From: a virus | Taxonomy: Duplodnaviria > Caudoviricetes | Length of the DNA stretch: 64,000 nt | Virus record (IMG/VR): IMGVR_UViG_2895476258_000013 | Coordinates: 1-64,000 of that record | Direction: 5' to 3' (one strand) | In this document: positions 36,743-46,367 of the stretch, one piece after another | Numbering within the stretch: the first letter of the stretch is position 1 | Layout: every line of letters begins with the position of its first letter | The notes under the pieces: model-generated | The model's database searches: none | Told to the model about the DNA's origin: nothing | The model's input: the letters and a program-made list of their open reading frames with translations, nothing else | Made by a program: the position numbers and the translations under genes

Positions 36743-37293
36743 GAGTCCGCCTCCGCCCCGCGCACACCCGGGAACGGCTCGCCAAGATCTACGCCAAGCC
36801 TCACGACCACACCCAGTGGATCGACCACCACCTGCGAGTCGGAGTCACGGTCGAGTTCGCCCGCTGGTTCCTCGCCTGCGGTGTCCAAACCGTCGCTGAC
36901 CTGTCCTGCGGGGACGCGACGATTGCCCGCGCCCTTGGCCTCAACGAGGAGAGCCTGTTCCTTGGCGACTTCGCGCCCGGCTACAAGCTGACCGGCCCTA
37001 TCGAGGACACCGTCCACCAGATCCGCAACGTGGACCTGTTCATCTGCTCCGAAACGCTCGAGCACCTCGACAACCCCGACACGGTCCTCAAAGAGATCAG
37101 GGCGAAGACTCGCTACCTGGTGCTGTCCACGCCCGAGGGCGAGACCAGCACCGGCAACCCCGAGCACTACTGGGGCTGGGACTCGGCAGAGGTCGAACGC
37201 ATGCTCACCGCCGCCGGCTTCACCCCGGAGATTCACACCGTGCTCGGGCTGCGCGAGTACGGCTACGACTTCCAGATCTGGGGATGCCGGTGA
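36739..37293 (+). CDS. Class I SAM-dependent methyltransferase
   Basis: VADLSCGD, DLFICSETLEHLDNP. Confidence 0.75.
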   Translation: MRVRLRPAHTRERLAKIYAKPHDHTQWIDHHLRVGVTVEFARWFLACGVQTVADLSCGDATIARALGLNEESLFLGDFAPGYKLTGPIEDTVHQIRNVDLFICSETLEHLDNPDTVLKEIRAKTRYLVLSTPEGETSTGNPEHYWGWDSAEVERMLTAAGFTPEIHTVLGLREYGYDFQIWGCR

Positions 37294-37865
37294 CCGAATG
37301 GCGGCTGTTCGAAAGCGACAGCCCCGCAGTGGCTACGTTCGCCTTCCACGAGCACAGGCCCCGGGCCGCGCACCTCGAACAGTCCGACCACCACGCCCGA
37401 CTGCACACCACAGCACAACTCATCCGGGACCTCGCGCCAGCCAGCGTGGTGGACCTCGGCTGCGGCGACGGTGGTCTCCTCAGCCTGATCAAAGACATCC
37501 CGTCGTGGGGCTATGACTTCCACCCTGCCAGCGCCCAAGGCTGGGCCGAACGCGGCGTCACCGCCGAACACCGAGACGTGTTCGGCGCCCGCGACGTCCC
37601 CAAGTGGGGTCAGGTCGCGGTGATGACCGAAGTGCTCGAACATCTCGCAGACCCGCACGGGACCGTCGAATGGGTCAGCCGCCACGCCGAATGGGTCGTC
37701 GCCTCCTCACCCAAGGACGAGACCGGCGACAGGCACGGCGACTGCCACGCGTGGGCTTGGGACATCGACGGCTACCGAGCTCTGTTCGAACCCCACTACC
37801 AGGTGACCAGCCACACCACAGTCGACTGGTCTCAGATCATCGTGGGACGGAGCCGGCGCACGTGA
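37284..37865 (+). CDS. Class I SAM-dependent methyltransferase
   Basis: VVDLGCGDG, MTEVLEHLADP. Confidence 0.8.
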   Translation: MPVTEWRLFESDSPAVATFAFHEHRPRAAHLEQSDHHARLHTTAQLIRDLAPASVVDLGCGDGGLLSLIKDIPSWGYDFHPASAQGWAERGVTAEHRDVFGARDVPKWGQVAVMTEVLEHLADPHGTVEWVSRHAEWVVASSPKDETGDRHGDCHAWAWDIDGYRALFEPHYQVTSHTTVDWSQIIVGRSRRT

Positions 37866-38743
37866 AGGTCCTCATCACCGGTTCGTCGGGGTTCGTTGGC
37901 CGGCACTTCGTCCGAGCGTTGGACGGCCACGACCTTCACCTGGTGGACGTGGCCGCAGGGACGGACGCCCGGGATTTCTTCCGCCTGAACCACACCCGGT
38001 TCGACCTCGTCATCCACCTTGCCGCAGTGGTGGGCGGGCGAGCCCAGATTGAGGGCGCTCCGCTATCCCTCGCGGTGGATCTGGCGATCGACGCCGACAT
38101 GTTCGCGTGGGCTTGGCGCACCCGTCCGTACCGAATCGTCTACTTCTCCTCGTCAGCCGCGTACCCGATCGACCTGCAGAACGACCTGTCTCGCCCGTAT
38201 CGGCTACACGAGTCGGATCTGAAACTGACGGGCAACATCGGCAACCCGGACATGACGTACGGGTGGGCGAAACTCACCGGCGAGCAGCTCGCCCAGCACG
38301 CCGAGAACGAAGGGCTGCGCGTCCACGTGTTCAGGCCGTTCTCCGGCTTTGGCGAAGACCAGGACCTGGCGTATCCGTTCCCGTCGTTCATCCGCCGCGC
38401 CGCCACCAGGCAGGACCCGTTCACCGTATGGGGCGACGGCGAACAAGTCAGAGACTGGGTTCACATCGACGACATCGTGAACGCGACGCTGACAGCGGTG
38501 GAGGAGGACGTGCCCGGACCGGTCAACCTGTGCACCGGCCGGGACACCTCATTCAACGAGCTGGCCGCCCTCGTGTGCGAGCAGGCCGGGTACAAGCCCG
38601 AGTTGCGTCACATCCTGGACGCCCCTCAAGGGGTTGCCTACCGCGTTGGGGACCCGACCAAGCTCAACAGCTTCTACACGCCGAAGGTCGCTCTGGAAGA
38701 CGGCATAGCCAGCGCTCTGGCCGCCACACGGGGGAGGGCGTAG
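37862..38743 (+). CDS. NAD-dependent nucleotide-sugar epimerase/dehydratase
   Basis: ITGSSGFVG, IHLAA, YFSSSAAY, catalytic YGWAK. Confidence 0.92.
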   Translation: MKVLITGSSGFVGRHFVRALDGHDLHLVDVAAGTDARDFFRLNHTRFDLVIHLAAVVGGRAQIEGAPLSLAVDLAIDADMFAWAWRTRPYRIVYFSSSAAYPIDLQNDLSRPYRLHESDLKLTGNIGNPDMTYGWAKLTGEQLAQHAENEGLRVHVFRPFSGFGEDQDLAYPFPSFIRRAATRQDPFTVWGDGEQVRDWVHIDDIVNATLTAVEEDVPGPVNLCTGRDTSFNELAALVCEQAGYKPELRHILDAPQGVAYRVGDPTKLNSFYTPKVALEDGIASALAATRGRA

Positions 38744-39108
38744 TGGCTGCACAGCAGTGGAGACACGGCTGGATCCCGCTCACGCCGACAGCCGCCCGGG
38801 AGAAGAACCATGGCACGACGCCAGGCCCCGGCAGCAAGCTCGGTAAGTCCCTCGCCCGCAGCCGAGAGACGTCGCAGGCGATGGACACGGAGATCCGCCG
38901 CGCCGCCCGCAGCAGGAACAAGACCGTTCAGCCTGACCGGCCCGAACCCGCTGACGACGTGGCCGAGGCGACGAAGGCCATCAAGAGCGGTGACCACGCC
39001 CGCGCGGTGAACCTCCTCACCCGGGCGATGAACAACGCCAAGGGCGCAGACAAGAAGGCGATCAAGGCGAAGCGGGACGAACTCGCCCGCCGCCTGATGG
39101 GCCGATAG
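38743..39108 (+). CDS. Basic hypothetical protein
   Basis: Starts on the epimerase stop; WRHGWIPL. Confidence 0.55.
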   Translation: MAAQQWRHGWIPLTPTAAREKNHGTTPGPGSKLGKSLARSRETSQAMDTEIRRAARSRNKTVQPDRPEPADDVAEATKAIKSGDHARAVNLLTRAMNNAKGADKKAIKAKRDELARRLMGR

Positions 39109-39111
39109 GCC

Positions 39112-39339
39112 GTGGCCAACGCAAGGCTCGCCCACGTTGGCGACCCCGACAGCTTGCGCCGCGTTCTGGCCGAGATCCGCGCTGCCTACCAAGGCGATCC
39201 AGAAGCGGCTCACAGCCTCGAAGACGACACGATGCGCCACGTACTCCGGCTCACCGCCGAAGGACACCCACAAGCCCGTCAGCTCGCCACAGAGATGCTG
39301 ACGATCGCCGACTTGGACCTCAAGCGCTGGTGCGCCTGA
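39112..39339 (+). CDS. Hypothetical protein
   Basis: GDPEAAHSLED...WCA. Confidence 0.65.
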   Translation: MANARLAHVGDPDSLRRVLAEIRAAYQGDPEAAHSLEDDTMRHVLRLTAEGHPQARQLATEMLTIADLDLKRWCA

Positions 39340-39445
39340 ACGTCCACGGCTGACCCCAGAAGATCCTCCAGGTAGCTCCTGGAGGCCAGAGAGCCCGGCG
39401 TCCTCATGCGCCGGGCTCTCGCCACACCATGAGGAGATCAACCAG

Positions 39446-39916
39446 ATGCGCATCAAGATGCAGGCCGCCCTTACCTCGCTTCAAGAGCAGGGGCGTCTGG
39501 CCATAGCCGCGAACGCCGCGTCCCGCCCCAGCCCGTCTCTTTCCGATTCGTTGAGCCCACCGCGTCAGGAGGCGCAGGCGCCTGAGCACGAGAGCGTGAT
39601 ATGGCTCCGCGCCGTGATCGAATGCGACAGGGCGCTCGACTCCGCACTGATAGGCATGGCGGGGCGCGACGGCGGTAGCGAGCAGGCTTCCGCTCACGTC
39701 AACCGTCACGATTTCGAGGACGCTGTCGCTCGCTGTGAAGCGGAGTTGAAGCTTCTCGACCTGCACGTGCCCAATCGCTACGGCTACTGTCTCACCTGCG
39801 ACCCGGACTCATGCGGATGCGTCGGTAGTGGCGACTACCCGTGCTACACGATCAAGGCGCTCCTGTCCGGCTACCGCCACCGCGGAGGCTTCAAGCCCGA
39901 GTGGGTGAACGCCTGA
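39446..39916 (+). CDS. DUF6221-like protein
   Basis: RHD...VARCEAELKLLDLH...YPCYTIKALLSGY...EW. Confidence 0.6.
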   Translation: MRIKMQAALTSLQEQGRLAIAANAASRPSPSLSDSLSPPRQEAQAPEHESVIWLRAVIECDRALDSALIGMAGRDGGSEQASAHVNRHDFEDAVARCEAELKLLDLHVPNRYGYCLTCDPDSCGCVGSGDYPCYTIKALLSGYRHRGGFKPEWVNA

Positions 39917-40557
39917 TGCGCATCCAGATCCTCACTCTCCCGTCCGTCATGGTCGGTGACGACATGGATGAGCCGTTCGCGCTCATCGTGGACCAGCACG
40001 ACTCGGACCTGGATCAGCAGACCGCCGAGGAGTGGCAGCGGTTCAAGACCAGCGCTGGGGCACGCGCCCTCCTGATCACCCCGGACACGGTCGAGGTCGT
40101 AGGCCGGTACGCAGAGCCTGCGCACAAGGTCGCCGAAATGGCCGGCTGCGTCCACTGCGACAACGGCGAGCTGAGCGTCGTCGTTGCCTGCGCATGCGCG
40201 ACACCTTGTTGGAACCCGGACTGCCCCAAGGCTCGACCAGCAGCCACAGATGGCACGCTCTTCGACAAGCCGGTCCGCCTCGAATGGCCCGAGGGTCCAC
40301 CTCTCGGACTCTCCCGGCAGACGCTCACGGAGAAGCTACGCGTGTTCGGCGCCACCCTGCTGGAGCCAAACCCGACCGTCCTGAGTGACCGCAACGGCAG
40401 CCCGATGAACATCTTGGCGACGTGCTCGTGCGGAAAGGCGATGGGACGAGCCTGGAACACGATTGACTCAGACCCTCGCCAGGAACGAACCGAGATCGCC
40501 TGCAACGGCTGCGGCAACCGCCTGACCGTCACGGTTCCTCTCGGGGACCAGACATGA
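39916..40557 (+). CDS. Hypothetical protein with CxxC motifs
   Basis: TGATG coupled. Confidence 0.55.
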   Translation: MRIQILTLPSVMVGDDMDEPFALIVDQHDSDLDQQTAEEWQRFKTSAGARALLITPDTVEVVGRYAEPAHKVAEMAGCVHCDNGELSVVVACACATPCWNPDCPKARPAATDGTLFDKPVRLEWPEGPPLGLSRQTLTEKLRVFGATLLEPNPTVLSDRNGSPMNILATCSCGKAMGRAWNTIDSDPRQERTEIACNGCGNRLTVTVPLGDQT

Positions 40558-40730
40558 GGCGCATCCTCGGAGCGGCACTGATCGCGCTCCCCGTCGTCGT
40601 CTTCCTGGCGTCCATGGCCATCAACAAGGGCTGGTTGTACGTCGTCACGATGCTCGCCATAGCGTCGCTGTCCCTCGGCTGCGTTCTAGGCGGCATGCAC
40701 CTGCTCGCGCCCAAGGACAACGGCCGCTAG
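40554..40730 (+). CDS. Small two-TM membrane protein (58 aa)
   Basis: Translated by hand MRRILGAALIALPVVVFLAS. Confidence 0.55.
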   Translation: MRRILGAALIALPVVVFLASMAINKGWLYVVTMLAIASLSLGCVLGGMHLLAPKDNGR

Positions 40731-40769
40731 ACAGCCCTAGATTTCCTGATGAAGGGGTGGGGGTAGTCC

Positions 40770-41072
40770 ATGCCGTACGGCCCCACATCTGCCCGCACCG
40801 TCCCACTCCCCAAGGGGTGGGGGGTCATACGTAAGCGCATCCTGAAGCGGGACGGATTCGTCTGCACCTGGATAGACGGCGGGATGCGCTGCTCGGTGCC
40901 GGCCACGGACGTGGACCACATCGGAGACCCGGCAGACCACAGCGAAGCGAATTTGAGAAGCCTCTGCCAGCCACATCACCGCAGACGCAGCTCAGCTCAG
41001 GGTGGACGCGCCGCGCAGGCCAAGAAGATCCCGCGCAAGAGACGCCAGGAAGCCCACCCCGGACTCCTCTGA
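40770..41072 (+). CDS. Terminase-associated HNH endonuclease
   Basis: RKRILKRDGFVC...ATDVDHI...NLRSLCQPHH, upstream of terS. Confidence 0.85.
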   Translation: MPYGPTSARTVPLPKGWGVIRKRILKRDGFVCTWIDGGMRCSVPATDVDHIGDPADHSEANLRSLCQPHHRRRSSAQGGRAAQAKKIPRKRRQEAHPGLL

Positions 41073-41157
41073 AACGGTCACACAGAGTCGCATCTGTCTC
41101 CAGATCGCCGGGCCTAGCAACTACCCGCTGTGATAACCGCAGGACGGGAGAGAACCC

Positions 41158-41301
41158 ATGGACGCCGTACTCCTCCTCGCAGCTCTAGCGTTCCTCGCCT
41201 CCGCCATCTGGTCCGCCATCCAACGCGCATGGCCGATCGCTCTACTCGGACTCGGCGCCTTCCTGCTCGCCATCCACGCGAGCGGACTCATCACGCCGTG
41301 A
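41158..41301 (+). CDS. Small two-TM membrane protein (47 aa)
   Basis: Translated by hand MDAVLLLAALAFLASAIW; GGGAG RBS. Confidence 0.55.
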   Translation: MDAVLLLAALAFLASAIWSAIQRAWPIALLGLGAFLLAIHASGLITP

Positions 41302-41456
41302 GCCTGCATGTCGTGCCCATCGGTGATCTCATAGACCACACGACCACAGACGAGTGTCCGTGCGGTCCACGAGACCAGTCAGTGACGAGAGACGACGGCA
41401 CCATCCGATGGCTTGTCGTCCATCACAGCCTCGACGGTAGAGAGCTGACCGAGTGA
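41298..41456 (+). CDS. Small hypothetical protein
   Basis: HVVPIGDLIDH...CPCGP...VVHHSLDGRE. Confidence 0.6.
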   Translation: MSLHVVPIGDLIDHTTTDECPCGPRDQSVTRDDGTIRWLVVHHSLDGRELTE

Positions 41457-41499
41457 TCAGCGTTCTATCATGAAGCCGTGATCATGAAGAGCGAATACG

Positions 41500-41700
41500 G
41501 CAAACCGGACAAACGGCGTCCATGCGGGTCGCAGAGTTCCCGCAGGTCGCAGCCATAGGGTGGGGAATGCCCCCTTTGTCCGTTTTTCCCGCGCCCGCTT
41601 CGGCATAGCGCCTCTGATCTTGTACGGGCCGTAACGAGTTCCGCCTAGCGATCTTGGCGGCCACCACAGACCACCTCCGACGTGACGACCCTGCGCCGAC
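41500..41700. other. Probable cos/packaging region (exact cut site not determinable)
   Basis: Noncoding gap between HNH and terS, typical of cos phages. Confidence 0.35.
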
Positions 41701-41814
41701 ATGGCCTTTCGTCCATTCGGAGGTTCGCGCTCGACCTCGAGTGCATGCTTTCACGCCCCCGCGGCTGTGTCCCCGCCATGGGGGTTGGCCGCCTTCCCGA
41801 CATGGGAGATTCTG

Positions 41815-42240
41815 ATGGCTCGTACTGGTGGGCCTGTGCCCAAGAGAAGTGATCAGCGGCGTCGCCGCAACAAGGTGGACATCGACTCGGCCCCGGTCGC
41901 GGTCGCGTCCGGAGTGGTCCGCGGGCCTGAGTGCCCGGAGGACTTCGGCGGGTTGGCGAAGCAATGGTATGAGTCGTTGCGCACATCGGGCCAGTCGGAG
42001 TTCTACGCGGATTCGGACTGGACGTCGGCGCTGATCATCGCGCGTGCGATCGAGCGGTTCGAGGAGCGTCCGTCTGCGCACATGCTGACCGCGATCCTGT
42101 CCGGGTTCGGCTCCCTGGCAGCGACTGAGGGGGACCGGCGCAGGCTGCGGATTGAGTTGGAACGCGACGTGGCCAGCGACGAGGACGAGGACGCCGCCGT
42201 GCTCGCCATCGATGAATACCAGCGTCGCGTCTCCGGCTGA
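41815..42240 (+). CDS. terS: Terminase small subunit
   Basis: GPVPKRSDQRRRRNK, W..LRTSGQSEFY..SDW; upstream of terL. Confidence 0.85.
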   Translation: MARTGGPVPKRSDQRRRRNKVDIDSAPVAVASGVVRGPECPEDFGGLAKQWYESLRTSGQSEFYADSDWTSALIIARAIERFEERPSAHMLTAILSGFGSLAATEGDRRRLRIELERDVASDEDEDAAVLAIDEYQRRVSG

Positions 42241-43861
42241 TCGGCTCGTCACTCTCCCTGAAGGTCTGCCTGATCTGACGCTCGGCTGGGAGGTCGTCCG
42301 GTGGGCGACCAAGTACTTGAAGCAGCCGAACGGGCCCCGGGCCGGGCAGCGGTTCGAGTTCACCGACTCGCAGATCCGGTTTCTGCTGTGGTTCTACGCG
42401 GTCAACGAGTCGGGCGACTGGCTGTTTCATCATGCGGTGCGCCGGCTGGCGAAGGGCTCGGGCAAGTCGCCGTTCGCCGCGTTGTGGGCGCTCGCGGAAC
42501 TGACGGCGCCGGTACGGCTGAAGGACTTCGATCGCAAGGCGCCTGGCGGGTGTGTGGGCAAACCGGTCGACATGCCGTGGGTGCAGATCGTGGCCACGGC
42601 GGAGAGCCAAACAAAGAACACAATGCGCATGGTGCGCGCGTTCGCACCCAAGGGTTCCCGGCTGGTCCACGAGTTCGCCTTGGATCCCGGCAAGACGCAG
42701 TACTTCAAGGCGCCTGAGGGGACGCTGGAGCAGATCACCTCGTCGTACACCGCGGCGGAAGGCGCAGAGGCTACGGCGATCGTCGGTGACGAGTTGGAGC
42801 ACTGGAAGCCGAACAACGGCGGCACGGACTTGTCCTCGACGCTGGCGGACAACCTGGCCAAGTCGGGGTCGCGGATGCTCGGCACCTGCAACTCGTGGAT
42901 CCCCGGCGCAGGCTGCGTCGCAGAAGCCGACTGGGACGCGTGGGTGGCTCAGGAAGAGGGCCGCACCCGGAATGAGTCCCGGATCCTTTACGACGCTCGG
43001 ATTGCCCCTCCGGACACGGACATGACGGACGAAGCCTCGCTGCGCCGCGCCTTGCAGATCGTCTATGACGACTGCTGGTGGGTGAATCCGCAGGCCATCA
43101 TCACCCGGATCTGGGACCCGAGGTCGAAGCCGGATGACAGCCGCCGCAAGTACCTCAACCAGCCGACCGCGGCGGAGGACGCGTGGATCACGCCACAGCA
43201 GTGGAGCGCACTCGCGGACCCGACACAGGTTGTGGCCGACGGCGAAGAGATCGTCGCGTTCTTTGACGGATCCAAGTCCCGCGACGCAACCGCGCTGGTT
43301 GGCTGCCGGGTGTCGGACGGGCACGTGTTCACGATCGGCGTGTGGGAGCCGGACACCGCGCATGACACCGACTCGGTCGTCCCCGTCCATGAGATCGACG
43401 CCGCGGTTGAGCAGATGTTCGGCCGCTGGCAGGTGCTCGGGTTCTTCTCGGACGTGAAGGAGTGGGAAGGCTTCGCGAAGGTCACCTGGCCGGAGCGATA
43501 CGCCGACCGGCTGCTCGTCAAGGCCGTCCCGACCGGCAAGGATCCGCAACCGATCGCGTGGGACATGCGCAGCCGGGTGTACGACTTCACGCAGGCGTGC
43601 GAGCTGACTGAGACCGAGATAGCAGATACGCGGTTCACGCATGACGGCGATGCCCGTGTTGCCCGGCATATGGGAAACGCGCGCCGCCGGCCGAACCGGT
43701 ACGGGGTGTCGATCGGCAAGGAATCTCCTGACTCTCCAAAGAAAATCGATGCCGCTGTGTGCGTGATCGGCGCCCGGATGGTGCGGCGGCTGCTGCTTGC
43801 GGCGCCCGGCTACAAGAACCGCAAAACGACCCGCTCGGGCCGCGTGTACGGATTCGCTTAG
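42212..43861 (+). CDS. terL: Terminase large subunit
   Basis: RRLAKGSGKS Walker A, VGDELEHW, FFDGSKSRDAT, KIDAAV. Confidence 0.93.
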   Translation: MNTSVASPADRLVTLPEGLPDLTLGWEVVRWATKYLKQPNGPRAGQRFEFTDSQIRFLLWFYAVNESGDWLFHHAVRRLAKGSGKSPFAALWALAELTAPVRLKDFDRKAPGGCVGKPVDMPWVQIVATAESQTKNTMRMVRAFAPKGSRLVHEFALDPGKTQYFKAPEGTLEQITSSYTAAEGAEATAIVGDELEHWKPNNGGTDLSSTLADNLAKSGSRMLGTCNSWIPGAGCVAEADWDAWVAQEEGRTRNESRILYDARIAPPDTDMTDEASLRRALQIVYDDCWWVNPQAIITRIWDPRSKPDDSRRKYLNQPTAAEDAWITPQQWSALADPTQVVADGEEIVAFFDGSKSRDATALVGCRVSDGHVFTIGVWEPDTAHDTDSVVPVHEIDAAVEQMFGRWQVLGFFSDVKEWEGFAKVTWPERYADRLLVKAVPTGKDPQPIAWDMRSRVYDFTQACELTETEIADTRFTHDGDARVARHMGNARRRPNRYGVSIGKESPDSPKKIDAAVCVIGARMVRRLLLAAPGYKNRKTTRSGRVYGFA

Positions 43862-43871
43862 GAGGCATTGG

Positions 43872-45275
43872 GTGGCGCTCGACCAAGAACAGGCTGAGGC
43901 CACCGTGCGGACTCTGCTGGAGCTGCGGAAGCCGGAACAGGCCAGGCTGGATCGGATCGCGGCGTACGTCCGGGGCGAGCACAACAGCGTGTACGTGCCC
44001 AGGTCGGCGCGGGACGAGTACACATGGCTGCGCAACCGCGCCAAGGTCAACATGCTGCGGCTGGTGGTGACGGTCGTCGCCCAGAACCTGTACGTGGACG
44101 GCTACCGGCCGGCTGGGATGGCGGACAACGCGGATCCGTGGAAGGTGTGGCAGGCGAACCGGATGGACGCCCGCCAGCACGGCATTCACCGGTCAGCGTT
44201 GAAGTACGGCATCTCGTACGCCAGCGTGCTGCCTGGGGAGCCGGTCCCGGTGATCACGCCGATGTCGCCGCGCAGGCTCACCGCCTTCTACAGCGACCCG
44301 GCCAACGATGAATGGCCTCTGTTCGCGGTCGAGGTGACGTCAGAGAAGGTGAAGGGCGAGGGTGGCCGTCTGGTGGCGCGGCGGCTGGTCCGCCTGTACG
44401 ACGAGACGTCCACGTACCGTTTCACCGGTGACGCCGAAGGTAGGCGACTTGTGGCCGGCCCGGTGGACGACCACGACATGGGCGTCTGCCCGGTGGTGCG
44501 CTACCTGAACGAGATCGACCTGGACGAGGACGAGGCCGTCGCCGGCGAGGTCGAACCGCTGATCGAGATTCAAGACCAGGTTAACTCCACCACGTTTAAC
44601 CTGCTCATGGCGCAGCAGTACGCGGCGTTCAGGCAGCGCTGGGTGACGGGGATGGCGCCGGCGCAGGACACGGACGGCAACCCGATCGAGCCGTTCCGGG
44701 CGGGTGTGGACAGGCTGTTCGTGGCTGAGGACGCGGACACGAAGTTCGGAGAGTTTTCCGAGAGCAGCCTTGAGGGGTACCTGCGGTCGCGGGAGGAGTC
44801 GATCCGTGAGATGGCGACCATCAGCCAGACGCCGCCCTACTACCTGCTCGGGCAGATGGCCAACCTCAGCGCCGAGAGCCTGGTAGCCGCGAGGGACGGC
44901 CTTGACCGCAAGGTAGAGGAGCGTAAGTCGTCGTTCGGTGAGGCGCACGAGCAGACGCTGAGACTGGCGGCGCTGGCCAGCGGCGACAAGGACGCCTGGC
45001 AGGACGAGTCCGCACAGGTGGTGTGGCGGGACACCTCGAGCCGGGCGCTGGCGGCGACGGTGGACGCCCTCGGCAAGCTCAGCCAGATGCTCGGGGTGCC
45101 GCAGCAGGAGCTGTGGGAGAAGATCCCGGGTGTCACCCAGACGGACGTGGCCAGGTGGAGGTCGTCAGCCGCGGAGGCGGACGCGTTCACCCAGTTGAAC
45201 CATATGCTGGAACGGCAGATGGCGCCCGCCGCGGACGATGTGCCGGAGTCGGTGAATGGCCAGCCCGCAGGCTGA
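43872..45275 (+). CDS. Portal protein (SPP1 gp6-like)
   Basis: Follows terL; NRMDARQHGIHRSALKYG, AFRQRWVTG. Confidence 0.9.
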   Translation: MALDQEQAEATVRTLLELRKPEQARLDRIAAYVRGEHNSVYVPRSARDEYTWLRNRAKVNMLRLVVTVVAQNLYVDGYRPAGMADNADPWKVWQANRMDARQHGIHRSALKYGISYASVLPGEPVPVITPMSPRRLTAFYSDPANDEWPLFAVEVTSEKVKGEGGRLVARRLVRLYDETSTYRFTGDAEGRRLVAGPVDDHDMGVCPVVRYLNEIDLDEDEAVAGEVEPLIEIQDQVNSTTFNLLMAQQYAAFRQRWVTGMAPAQDTDGNPIEPFRAGVDRLFVAEDADTKFGEFSESSLEGYLRSREESIREMATISQTPPYYLLGQMANLSAESLVAARDGLDRKVEERKSSFGEAHEQTLRLAALASGDKDAWQDESAQVVWRDTSSRALAATVDALGKLSQMLGVPQQELWEKIPGVTQTDVARWRSSAAEADAFTQLNHMLERQMAPAADDVPESVNGQPAG

Positions 45276-45996
45276 ACGGCTCGCCGAACAGCACCGCGTC
45301 CAGCAGGTCGCTCTCCGCGCCGGGGTGAGCCGGGACGTCGTCGCGTTGCTGCGGGACCTGTTCGACGTCGAGAACGCCGACCGGACGTGGCCCGCCATCC
45401 GCTCCATACTCGCGGCCATTGCCGTACAGCAGCGCGGCACATCGGCGACGCTGGCGAACACCTACTACGGCCAGGCCCGCGCGGAAGCGGACGTCAGCGG
45501 CGCGTTCCTGCCGATCAACCCGGCCGCCCTGGCGGAGGAACTGCTGAAGGTTGTGCTGGACGCCACCGGGATAGCCGCGTTCAAACGGGCTATCGCGCTC
45601 GGGAGAACCCCAGAGGAAGCGCTGCAGATCGCCGGCGTCACCCTGTCCGGGTCGGTCTCCCGTCTGGTGTTGTCCGGCGGCCGGGATCAGATTCTCGGCA
45701 ACGTGCGTGAGGACCGTCAGGCGGTCGGCTGGGCTCGGCTGACGGACGCCGACCCGTGCGCCTTCTGCTCGATGCTCGCGTCGCGCGGGCCGGTCTACCG
45801 GTCCAAGCAGACGGCGAAGTTCGAAGCTCACGACCACTGTGCCTGCATGCCCGTCGCCGCCTGGAGCCGTGACGAGGCGTGGCTGAATCACAGCCGCGAC
45901 CTGTATGAGCAGTGGCAGGACATCACCCAGGGGCAGAGCGGCGCGGACGCGCGCAGAGCGTGGCGCAGGCACTGGGACAACCGCAAGGGAGCGTGA
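45256..45996 (+). CDS. MuF-like/capsid maturation protein
   Basis: WARLTDADPCAFCSMLASRG...AHDHCAC. Confidence 0.75.
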   Translation: MASPQAERLAEQHRVQQVALRAGVSRDVVALLRDLFDVENADRTWPAIRSILAAIAVQQRGTSATLANTYYGQARAEADVSGAFLPINPAALAEELLKVVLDATGIAAFKRAIALGRTPEEALQIAGVTLSGSVSRLVLSGGRDQILGNVREDRQAVGWARLTDADPCAFCSMLASRGPVYRSKQTAKFEAHDHCACMPVAAWSRDEAWLNHSRDLYEQWQDITQGQSGADARRAWRRHWDNRKGA

Positions 45997-45998
45997 AG

Positions 45999-46268
45999 AT
46001 GGGTCAGCCCGATGCCGACAAGATGCGGAACCTCGTCAAGCAGGGCAAGGCCATGCCGACTCCTGCCGAGGACGACCGCCCTGGCCGGTTCCCCATCGCT
46101 AACCGTGCCGATCTGGAGAACGCGATCCGCGCAGTGGGCCGAGTCCGGCCGGACACCGAGGAGGCGCGGGCCGCGGTGCGCCGTTTCATCCTGAAGCGGG
46201 CGCGCGAACTCAATCTCGGCGATCTCATCCCGCCCACGTGGGCCGGAGACGGTTCTCTCAAGAGCTAA
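45999..46268 (+). CDS. Small head-region protein (DUF6582-like)
   Basis: GRFPIANRADLENAIRAVGR...ILKRAREL..IP..W. Confidence 0.65.
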   Translation: MGQPDADKMRNLVKQGKAMPTPAEDDRPGRFPIANRADLENAIRAVGRVRPDTEEARAAVRRFILKRARELNLGDLIPPTWAGDGSLKS

Positions 46269-46367
46269 CTGACCTTTACCAGGGGCCGGAGCCGGCATGG
46301 CGCTGGCCCTTTCGTATGCCCCTAGCCCCGCCGACACGGCGGGCTGTCCCGACATGGGAGTCACCGA

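Noticed and set aside
36059-38743. DNA hypermodification (base glycosylation) cluster
   Set aside because: Located among late structural genes with no hydroxymethylase, kinase or phage DNA polymerase; not excluded but less likely than protein glycosylation
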